Translations under genes and position numbers: made by a program
Assembly (NCBI RefSeq): GCF_004010195.1
Contig: NC_057719.1
Span: forward strand, 15,750,262 to 15,803,632
Direction of reading: 5' to 3'
Source: Chiloscyllium plagiosum
Lineage: Eukaryota
DNA: 53,371 bases
Part shown: positions 35,813-46,157 of the stretch, in pieces
Layout: the number at the start of each line of letters is the position of its first letter
Numbering within the stretch: position 1 is the first letter of the stretch
The notes under the pieces: model-generated
Told to the model about the DNA's origin: nothing
The model's database searches: none
The model's input: only the letters and a program-made list of their open reading frames with translations

Positions 35813-36144
35813 GATTAGATTAGATTGCCTACAGCCTGGAAACAGGCCCTTTGGCCCAACAAGTCCACACTGACCCTCCGAAGAGTAACCCACCCAGACC
35901 CATTCTCCTGCCCTGTATTTACCACTGACTAATGCACCTAACACTATGGGCAATTTAGCATAGCCAATTTACCTGACCAGCACATCTTTGGAATGTGAGA
36001 AGAAACTGGAGCACCTGGAGGAAACCCACGCAGACTCAGGGAGAATGTGCACACTCCACACAGCAGTCCCCTGAGGTGGGAAATAAACCAGGGTTCCTGG
36101 TGCTGTGAGGCAGCAGTGCTAACCACTGAGCCACCATGCTGCCC
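35813..36144 (-). mobile_element. HE1 SINE
   Basis: Full reverse copy with (attag)n tail. Confidence 0.92.
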
Positions 36145-36146
36145 AA

Positions 36147-38845
36147 ACAGTCCTGTTTCTTTTTTTTACATTTTTTTCTCTGACACTTCTATTCTTTTTT
36201 TCTTTTTTTCCTTTACCCCCACCCTACCACCTAACTGCTTATTTTTTCCCCAGCACCCGTGTTGTGTGTGTGTGCAGGTGTGACAGTCCTTTTTTTTTAT
36301 TTTATTAAACAATTGTAAAACAGTTTACAAAAAACAGTTAACATTTACAGCTATATACAAAGAAACAGCAATTTTACAAGGAAAAGGAGCAGCAAAGCCA
36401 GGCTCCAAACCCTACCATTCAACCAGTTTACAGGGAAATGAGGACAAACCTCAAATCCAATTTCAAACAATGCAAGACAGCAACCATGACATTTGTACAT
36501 AAAAGACAATCCAGTTACATAAAAAATGCATACAATACAGACCCAGCAAGCCCCCGTCCCTCCCACCTTCCCGCCCCTACGCACTTTCCAGTTCTTGGTC
36601 CGCCCTGACACACTGTTCGACCACCTGTAGGACAGCCCGAGTCCTGTTTGTTTTTTAAAATTTTATTAAGCAATTACAAAACACTGTTTACAAAAAACAG
36701 TTAACAGTTACAGCTGTATGCAATAGCAATTTTACAAGGGAGAGGAGCAGCAAAGCTGGGCCTAAACCCTACCGTTCAACCAGTTTACAGGAAATGAGGA
36801 CAAACCTCAAATCTCAGTTTCAAATATGAAAAGTAATCAACAATGACATTTGTACATAAAAAGCCAATCCAGTTATATAAAAACAGTGCATTCAATACAG
36901 ACCCAGCAAGCCCCCGTCCCTCCCACCTTCCGACCACTCTAAGGCAGCCCACCCCTACACACCTTCCGGCTCTCGGTCCACCCCATGCCCCTTCCAGTTC
37001 TTGGTCCGCCCTGACATACCTTTCGACCACCTCTAGGACAGCCCGAGTCCTGTTTGTTTATTTTTTTTGAATCTCCTTTTTTTTAATTAAACAATTACAA
37101 AACAGTTTACAAAAAACAGTTAACATTTACAGCTGTATACAACAGCAATTTTACAAGGGAGAGGAGGAGTAAAGCCAGGCCCCAAACCCTACCGTTCAAC
37201 CAGTTTACAGAGAGATAAGGACAAACCTCAAATCCCAGTTTCACGTATGACGAGACAGCAACAATGACATTTGTACATAAAAGGCAATCCAGTTACATAA
37301 AAAAGTGCATACAATAAAGATCCAGCAAGCCCCCGTCCCTCCCACTTTCTGACCACTCTAAGGCAGCCTGTCCCTAAGCTCTGGCTCTCGGTCCACCCCA
37401 TGCCCTTCCAGTTCTCGGTCCGCGCTGACACACCTTTCGACCCCTCTAGGACAGCCCGAGTCCTGTTTTTTTTTATTTTATTAAACAAATTACAAAACAG
37501 ATTACAAAAAACAGTTAACATTTACAGTTGTATACAACAGCAATTTTACAAGGGAGAGGAGCAGCAAAGCTAGGCCCCAAACCCTACTGTTCAACCAGTT
37601 TACAGGGAGATGAGGACAAACCTCCAATCCCCAGTTCTACATATAAAAGACTGCAGCAATGACATTTGTACATTAGACAATACTGTTACATACAAAAGTG
37701 CAGACAATACAGACCCAGCAGGCCCCCGTCCCTCCCACCTTCCGACCACTAAGGCAACCTGCCCCTACACACCTTCCAGCTCTTGGTCCACCCCATGCCC
37801 CTTCCAGTTCTCAGTCTGCCCTGACACACCTTTCGACCACCTGTAGGACAGCCTGAGTCCTGTTTTTATTTAAACCCCCACATTACCGCCTAACCGCGGT
37901 AGTGCTTATATTTTTCCACCAGCACCCATGTTGTGTGTGTGCAGGTGTGAGACACAGTGAAAGACATAAGGTGCACAAATCTTTATTCAAATTTCCACCA
38001 CCAGGAAGAAGGAAACACCTGAGTGGCCAGTGACAAGCAGTGAAGTCCTTTTTTTTATATATCTGTTTATAATATTTTATTAAACAAATTACAAAACAAT
38101 TTACAAAAAACAGTTAACATTTACAGCTGTATACAACAGCAATTTTACAAGGGAGAGTAGCAGGTAATTGAGGACAAACCACAAATCCCAGATTCATATA
38201 AAAGACAGTGACAGTGACATTTGTACACGAGACAATCCAGTTACATAAATGGTGCATACAATATAGACCCAGCAAGCACCCGTCCCTCCCACCTTCCGGC
38301 CACTCTAAGGCAGCCCGCCCCTACACGCCTTCCAGCTCTCGGTCCACCCCATGCCCCTTCCAGTTCTCGGTCTGCCCTGACATACCTTTCGACCACCTCT
38401 AGGACAGCCCGAGTCCTGTTTTTTATTTTTTAACCCCCACACTACCGCCTAACTGTGGTAGTGCTTATATTTTTTCCCCAGCACCCATGTTGTCTGTGTG
38501 CAGGTGTGAGACACAGTGAAAGACACAAGGTGCACGAATCTTTATTCAAATTTCCACCACCAGGAAGAAGGAAACACCCGAGTGGCCAGTGACAAGCAGT
38601 GAAGTCCTGTTTATTTTTTTTATTTCAGAGTAAGCAGAACCTCTGACACTCCAGTTTATTCTCTTTTTTTCTTTTTTTTCCTTTACCCCCATATTACCAC
38701 CTAACTGCGGTAGTGCTTATTTTTTCCCCAGCACCCATGTTGTGTGTGTGCAGGAGTGAGACACACAAGGCGTACGAATCTTTATTGAATTTTCATCACC
38801 AGGAAGAAAGGAAACACCCGAGCGGCCAGTGAGAAGTCCTGTTTA
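36147..38845 (-). repeat. Composite tandem array: five 350-400-bp type-A and four 90-190-bp type-B polyadenylated retro-tails
   Basis: Order B-A-A-A-A-B-A-B-B; units are bounded by agtcct(gttt) followed by a T tract. Confidence 0.85.
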
Positions 38846-39042
38846 TATATGTCAGCTAGGACTCCCTGATTGAACCTGGTTAACAATCCAATCAGGGAGC
38901 TCTTATTCTATGATGTCTTCATGGCAGACCTCATTCCAATCACTACATCCCCCCACCAACTAACTCCTGGGATGTAATTCCATTCTTTTTCCTATAGCTT
39001 CGTCTGGAGCCCCTTTGCACCAGGTCAGATTCATCTGACTCT

Positions 39043-39156
39043 TCAAACATCACAGAAGCGCTTCACAGGAGGTTCCCAAGCACTGAGGATGTCACCTAGA
39101 CAGGGGACAAAAAGTCTGCAACACAAATTCCCAGCTCGGCGAACAGAACCACAACA
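39043..39156 (+). mobile_element. PLE terminal-repeat insertion (family D), degenerate hammerhead
   Basis: gca-CTGAGGA-tgtcacctagacaggggac-aaaaagTC-tgc; TSD tcatctga(c/t)tct at 39031-39042 and 39157-39168. Confidence 0.65.
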
Positions 39157-40084
39157 TCATCTGATTCTGCTTGGGATACTGGGAGAATATACCAGACTGT
39201 AGCCCACTTCTTGCGCCCGGAGGATCTCAGCTAAAATTCATCAGGCAATAATGCTGACCAGGCTATGATATCTGCCATATCCGTCACATCCTCAGAGGTT
39301 TCTTCAATGCTTGGTGTAGGGGGAGAACCCATGCATGTGCTGACAGGCCAGGATGTTTTGCTTCTGCTCCATTTGCAAGGTTTCAGCTTTCATGGGGTCC
39401 ACATGTTTGTTCAGAATTGCCTCTCCTACCCAAACCTTGCACATCACAGGACCTGATCTTGAGTCGACATGCCTCTTCCCCATGCAAGGCAATTCCTCTG
39501 GTTTCAACACTAAACTTTGTCCCCTGAAGTAAACTGCCTCTTTCGTTTAGAGGAGGTTTGTGTCCAGCATTAGCATTCTTGATGCCGTTTCACCCTTGAC
39601 CCCAGGTTCAGGAAAATTATGTTTAACTTGGTGTGGTGTCTTCTCCTGATTGGCAATGCTGCTGAGGTGTTGCTGTTGCATAAGGGGTGGCCCTACAATC
39701 AAATAGGAACCTGGACAGTTTGAGTAAAGCTGTAGGCTCTTTACTTAAACCTACCTTTAAAATTTGGACTGTTCTTTCCACCCGACCATTGGATGATGCT
39801 GAATGTCATTCAATTTTAGGAAATACTCAAATTCCTTTCTGATAAATGATGGCCCATTGATTGTGACCAACACTTCCAGGAGTCTGTGTTGCAAAATTTG
39901 TTTGCAGCTTTCAACTGTCATCTCCATATTTATTGAATGAACTTTATGCATGTCCGGCCACTTTGAATAGGTGTCCACAATGACTGAAAACATTGTGCCC
40001 ATGTATGGACTGGCATAGCCAACATGTAAGCAAGTCCAGGGTTTATTTGGCCATTATCACAAATATGGGGGAACTGCTGGTGGT

Positions 40085-40790
40085 AATGAATACAATCCCG
40101 GGATCCTCAGCTGTTCACCATATGTTAGGCCTACCATTCCAGGGATCATCTGTGTGAATCTCTGCTGGACACGCTTCAGTGCCAGTATGTCCTTCCTGAG
40201 GTGTGGGGCCCGCAATTGGATGCAGTAGTCTAAATCGGGCCTAACTAAAGCTTTATAAAGTCTCAGAAATATCGCTGCTTTCATAATCCAATCTTCTTGA
40301 GATAAATGGCGATATTACATTCGCTTTCTTAATTATGGACTCAACCTGCAAGTTAATCCTAGAGAATCCTAGATTAGCACTCCCAGGTCCCTTTGTACTT
40401 TGGCATTATGAATTTTCTCACCTCTTAGAAAATAGTCCATGCCTGTATTCTTTTTCCAAAGTGCAAGATCTCACATTTGCTCACGTTGAATTTCATCAGC
40501 CATTTCCTGGACCACTCTCCTAAACTGTCTAAATATTTCTGCAGCTTCCCCATCTTTTCAGTACTACCTGCCTGTCTATCTAACTTTGTATCATTGGCAA
40601 ACTTCACCAGAATGCCCCCAGTCCCTTCATCCAGATCATTAATATATAATGTGAACACCGAACCCTGTGGGACACCACTTGTCATCGGCTGTCATTCTGA
40701 AAAATAACCTTTTATTCCAACTCTCTGCCTTCTGTCAGACAGGCAATCCTCAATCCATGCCAGTAGCTCACCTTGAACACTATGGGCCCT
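40085..40790 (-). mobile_element. CR1 RT fragment inside the Gypsy element
   Basis: SGVPQGSV, YINDLDEG, KFANDTKL, LVRPDLDYCIQL. Confidence 0.88.
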
Positions 40791-41199
40791 GACCAAGTAT
40801 GTCCTCATACTGCTCCAACAAACCTTTCAACTCGGTTCTTTGCTCCTGAGACAGATAGTTCATAACCTATGCCACTCCTCAAGGATATCTCATTATTTAA
40901 TGTATTTTGAGCACATCAAACTCACTTACCTGATTTTAATCTCTCCCTCACCTCAGATAGATAATCCAAGTGTGAGATCTCTGACTTCATTCCTATCAAT
41001 TTTTCTTTCATTAATTTCAAAGGCCCTCCCACTTCATGTCCGAATATTTACTCAGAGAGTAAAGTGAGTAGATTAGTTGGGTCATCTCTAATGGCGAACA
41101 GTACAAATGGAATACCTTTCCCTCAATCATTTGGGTAATCCTGACAGTACGCTCTTAACATGGTCTTCAGCATCTGATGCCACCTTTCTAACACACAGG

Positions 41200-41960
41200 A
41201 TTTGAGAGGAGTGATGTTAATGTTCATCCAAGCAACCAACAAGAAATTGAGTCAAGTCTGAGGAAGGCAAAGGATGTGCTGTAATGGCCAAATATGAACT
41301 AAAACATCAACGACCAGGTGCAGTGCTTGCAATGTGTACCAGGATAAGCAGCTAGAGAGTTGATGACACAAACAGATCTTGATTGAAGCTGGAAAAGTAG
41401 CTCAATGGATTTTGAATGACCAATGGTGAGATTGTAGTATATCTGAAAGCATACTTTGGCTGTTCCAGTATTCCTGAATGTGACAAGTAGCAATGGCCCT
41501 CAGTTTATGAGTGAAGAATTCAGCTGCTTCATAAAGGGCTGGAAATTCAGCACCACACATCATCTCCCATTATCCCGAATCAACAGCATTACCGAGGCAA
41601 CGGTGAAAAGAATCATAAGGAAATTAAGCATATCCAGCGCAGATATACGTTAAGCAATCTTTGACTCGCAAAACATACCTACTGAAGGCGTAGAAAGTAG
41701 TCTGGTATGAATACTAATATCATGCTGGACTACTCTTATAAGAACAAAAAAAACTGTTGAAGCTGGAAGTAGGAACCGTTAAACGTTAGTAATCAAGTAG
41801 AAAGCTAAATTGTATTTTGATAGGATTGCAAAACAATACCATAATTGAGCATTGCAGAACCAGTCAGGGTAGAAACAGTCAGCAAGCATGGGAATTCGGA
41901 ACCTGTTTGGAGCATTTGTCACTTCAGTTGTATGCAGTTGAAGGAAATGACCAGGTACTG
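41200..41960 (+). mobile_element. Decayed Gypsy integrase fragment
   Basis: IESSLRKAKDVL*WPNM and SNGPQFMSEEFSCFIKGW motifs. Confidence 0.65.
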
Positions 41961-41994
41961 TCACAATTGTTGGCACATGTGCACAGTTGATGGC

Positions 41995-43825
41995 ACGTAG
42001 TGATGGAAAAGGATAGACCAGATCTAAAAGTTGAAGTTCTAAATTGGAGAAAGGCCAATTTTGACGTTAGCAGATGTTCGCAGTTAAAATGATGGCGAGA
42101 AAATGGGAAGTCTTCAGAAATGAGATAACGAGAATCCAGAGAAAGTATATTCCTGTTAGGGTGAAAGGAAAGGCTGGATGACAAAAGAAATTGAGGATTT
42201 GGTTCAGGAAAAGAAGGAAGCATATGTAAGGTATGGACAGGATACATCGAGTGAATCCTTAGAGTATAAAGGCAGTAGGAGTATACTTAAGAGGGCAATC
42301 AGGAGGGCAAAAAGGGGACATGAGATAGCTTTGGCAAATAGAATTAAGGAGAAGCCAAAGGGCTTTTACAAATACATTAAGGACAAAAGGGTAACTAAGG
42401 AGAGAATAGGGCCCCTCAAAGGTCAACAAGGCAGCCTTTGTATGAAGCCGCAGAAAAGGGGGAGATACGAAATGAGTATTTTGCATCAGTATTTACTGTG
42501 GAAAAGGATATGGAAGATATAGATTGTAGGGAAATAGATGGTGACACCTTGCAAAATGTCCATATTACAGAAGAGGAAGTGCTGGATGTCTTGAAATGGG
42601 TAAAGGTAGATAAATCCCCAGGACCTGATCAGGTGTACCCTAGAACTCTATGGGAAGCTAGGGAAGTGATTGCTGGGACTCTTGCTGAGATATTTGTATC
42701 ATCGATAGTCACAGGTGAGNNNNNNNNNNNNNNNNNNNNNNNNNNNNNNNNNNNNNNNNNNNNNNNNNNNNNNNNNNNNNNNNNNNNNNNNNNNNNNNNN
42801 NNNNNNNNNNNNNNNNNNNNNNNNNNNNNNNNNNNNNNNNNNNNNNNNNNNNNNNNNNNNNNNNNNNNNNNNNNNNNNNNNNNNNNNNNNNNNNNNNNNN
42901 NNNNNNNNNNNNNNNNNNNNNNNNNNNNNNNNNNNNNNNNNNNNNNNNNNNNNNNNNNNNNNNNNNNNNNNNNNNNNNNNNNNNNNNNNNNNNNNNNNNN
43001 NNNNNNNNNNNNNNNNNNNNNNNNNNNNNNNNNNNNNNNNNNNNNNNNNNNNNNNNNNNNNNNNNNNNNNNNNNNNNNNNCAAATCTTCGCAGGACTTAT
43101 ACACTTAATGGTAAGGTCCTAGGGAGTATTGCTGAACAAAGAGACCTTGGAGTGCAGGTTCATAGCTCCTTGAAAGTGGAGTTACAGGTAGATAGGATAG
43201 TGAAGAAGGCGTTTGGTATGCTTTCTTTTATTGGTCAGAATATTGAGTGCGGGAGTTGGGAGGTCATGTTGCGGCTGTACAGAACATTGGTTAGGCCACT
43301 GCTGGAATATTGCGTGCAATTCTGGTCTTCTTCCTATCGGAAAGATGTTGTGAAACTTGAAAGGGTTCAGAAAAGATTTACAAGGATGTTGCCAGGGTTG
43401 AAGGATTTGAGCTGGGAGAGGCTGAACAGGCAGGGTCTTTTTTAGCTGGAGGGTCAAAGGCTGAGGGGTGACTTCATAGAGGTTTACAAAGTTATGAGGG
43501 GCATGGATAGGATAAGCAGACAAAGTCTTTTCCCTGGGGTAGGGGAGTCCAGAACTAGAGGGCATAGATTTAGGGTGAGAGGGGAAAGATATAAAGGAGA
43601 CCTAAGGGGCAACGTTTTCACACAGGTGGTACGTGTATAGAATGAGCTGCCAGAGGAAGTGGTGGAGGCTGGTACAATTGCAACATTTAAAAGGCATTTG
43701 GATAGGTATATGAATAGGAAGGGTTTGGAGGGATATGGGCCAGGTGATGGCAGGTGGGACTAGATTGGGTTGGGATAGACCGAAGGGTCTGTTTCCATGC
43801 TGTACGTCTCTATGGCTCTATGAAT
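41995..43825 (+). mobile_element. CR1 (HER1-like) ORF2 and tail spanning an assembly gap
   Basis: NEYFASVFT, DKSPGPDQVYPR, LEYCVQFWS and the CR1 tail; Ns at 42720-43080. Confidence 0.9.
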
Positions 43826-44036
43826 CTAATTGGGTCAGCTGTTCCTCAGCTACAGGGTCCTGATCAGGCAGAGGTGATTTTACCATCCACATAGAGTACA
43901 GATAACTGTCAGTCCCAGAGGTCCACAGCATACAGATAGGAGAAGTGGAATAACGGATAGTGCAGCAATAAAAAACGATCCAGCTGCGACTCTGTGTGGA
44001 GAAGGAACGTCATCCAGATGATCAGCAATGGCAATG

Positions 44037-44512
44037 TTGTGGAGGAGCTGGTGTTGGACTGGTGGACAAAGGTAAAAATCACACAACACCAGGTTATAGC
44101 GCAACAGGTTTATTTGGAAGCACTAGCTTTTGAAGTGCTGTTCCTTCATCAGGTAGCTGTGGAACAGAGTCTTAAGACTGAAATGATACATTGAACAAAC
44201 CTAGGTTGCTGTTAGGTCTTTCATCTTTTAGAATGGTTTGCAGGTTTTTGTTTATTAACATGTAAATCCCAGAACTTCATTTCAGTCAAAAAGTTCTGGG
44301 ATTTACATATTAATGAACCAAAACCTGCAACCCATTCTACAAGATGAAAGACTTAACTGCAATCTAGGTTTATTCAATATATCATTTCAGTTGCATGACA
44401 TGGTAATCTTCTGCTTCAAATTTGTCTTATGATCCTGTTCCATATTTACCTGATGAAGGAGCAGTGCTCCGAAAGCTAGTGCTTCCAAATAAACCTGTTG
44501 GACTGTAACTTG
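44037..44512. mobile_element. Inverted-arm PLE terminal-repeat insertion (family B)
   Basis: Arms meet at aatcccagaactt-catttcagtcaaa-aagttctgggatt; same family as 33066-33297; flanks share caatggc(a/g)at. Confidence 0.85.
44450..44478 (+). ncRNA. Minimal hammerhead ribozyme core
   Basis: CUGAUGA-A-GGAGC-AGU-GCUCC-GAAA-GC-UA; stem I uac/gug. Confidence 0.65.
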
Positions 44513-45132
44513 ATGTAGAACAATGGCGATACTTGTGTGAATCAATGAGACTGGTGTAGTTTAAGTATGGTGTGTAATGCTTGTGCAAAGACTGATGAGA
44601 ACTGTTGTTTAGCTAATGGGTAACATAACATAAAATGTACATGGTTTTTAATGCAATTTTTTTGTATCAAAATGATGCTGTTTGATATAAAATGCAATAT
44701 TGTACCAATGCACCTCCTTACTTTGGTTGATTGACCTCTTGCATGTGATATTGACTCGGGGCATCCATATTGCAGCCAGCTTCAATAGAATCACATACAA
44801 ACCAGACTGTTGTCTAGTGAGCTCACAACACACTTTTTCACTTTCTCCCTCTTCTCTCATTCTCAGCCTCACACACATCTAAACTCATCAACACTCTGTA
44901 TATTCCCTATAATCATTTCCTCTCTCCATCCTCTTCTCCCTCGCACTTTCACAATTTCTCCCTGTCTCTCCCTCCTTTCCACTCCCTTTCTCTTCCACTA
45001 TCTCTCCCACCTACCTTTCTTCACAAATCCTGCTCCATCTGTCCTATAGCGCNNNNNNNNCTCTCTCTCCCTGTCCCTCTCATACTCATGTTGTCTTCCA
45101 TTCTACACTCTCTCGCTGTATCCCTGCTGCAG

Positions 45133-45290
45133 TTGGGAGTATATATTTATAACTGTGGAAAAGACCATAAGCTATATGACTGTGTGGGGAATAAAACTCT
45201 GCAGGAAACTATGGTAGTTCAGTGTCAATGATTTCCTAGCAACCCTGGCTGGACTTGGTTTTCTGTATCATGCATCTGGAAAGGTCAAAA
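45133..45290 (+). other. Possible exon (mostly 5' UTR; may start MHLERSK at 45270)
   Basis: Long pyrimidine tract ending ctgcag|, donor AAA|gtaagt; no frame is open throughout. Confidence 0.25.
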
Positions 45291-45514
45291 GTAAGTAACA
45301 ATATTGTTGGTAGTTGGAAAAAGTAACAGTGGCTATAAACAAGCTGTACCTGTGCCAGTCTTCTAATTGAACTTCAGACCTGTTATTTAAAAGATCCATA
45401 CCCGAAGATTTGGACTACCTTTGTAGATTTCTATCCAAACTAAAGCTTGGTGTGAAAGATTTTCCATTTGTCTGTGGATTTCAGAGATTTAGCTTGTTTT
45501 ATTAAATCCACTTA

Positions 45515-46157
45515 TGGGTGTGGGTATTGACTGGACCAGTATTTTTTGCCTATCCCTAGTTGCATTTAAGAAGGTCATGCTGAGCTGCTTGCTTGAACAA
45601 CAGCAGCGTATTTTCGATCGGTAGATCCACAATACCCAGGAATTTAATCCATGACACTGAAGAAACATTGATATATTTCTAAGTCAGAATGGTGAATGGC
45701 TTGGAGGGACTTTGCAGATAGTGATGTTCCCATATATTTATTATCCTTCTTCTTCTTGATGACATGACCTTAGGCTTGAAACATAGAATACAAAAGCAGG
45801 AGTAGGCTGTGATCCCGGTTATGGATTTCTTGGTCATCGAGATCCAGAAACAATGTTCTAGACCATCTAATCATTTTTGATATTTTATAGAATTCAATGA
45901 CATTACCCTCATTCTTCTGAAATTTAGTGAATAACTGACCCAATTTCTTCCTGTGTATCAGTCCCTTCATTTGGAGAGTCAGAAAGCAAGTTATTTGCTA
46001 CAAAATTCATAGCCTCTGACCTGTGCAGTTTGATTTCTGGTGAAAGCTAACCTCCCAGGATATTAATATTGCTGGGATTCAATGATTGTTATGTAACTGA
46101 GTGACCGCTCTCTCTTGTTGGTGATTGTTATTGTCTGGCAGTTATGTGGCATATTCT
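45515..46157 (-). mobile_element. Decayed L2/CR1-group LINE fragment
   Basis: 3' tail resembles that of SINE 18790-19085; RT-like remnants towards 46150. Confidence 0.45.

Larger units (their letters stand above)
35628..40840 (-). mobile_element. Gypsy element 3' part: integrase remnant, PPT and a 3' LTR split by insertions
   Basis: MFSVIVDTYSKW...EVLVTINGPSFIRKEFEYFLKLNDIQH; PPT ggtgggggga abuts TGTAGTG (38947); LTR has a TATA box, a polyA-signal-like taaataaaag and ends ...ttTCA (35628). Confidence 0.8.

Noticed and set aside
42438..43445. 335-aa ORF
   Set aside because: It spans 361 Ns; both sides are CR1 ORF2.
44830..45130. Pyrimidine-rich tract as a functional element
   Set aside because: Low-complexity CT-rich sequence containing an 8-N gap; relevant only as context for the weak exon candidate.
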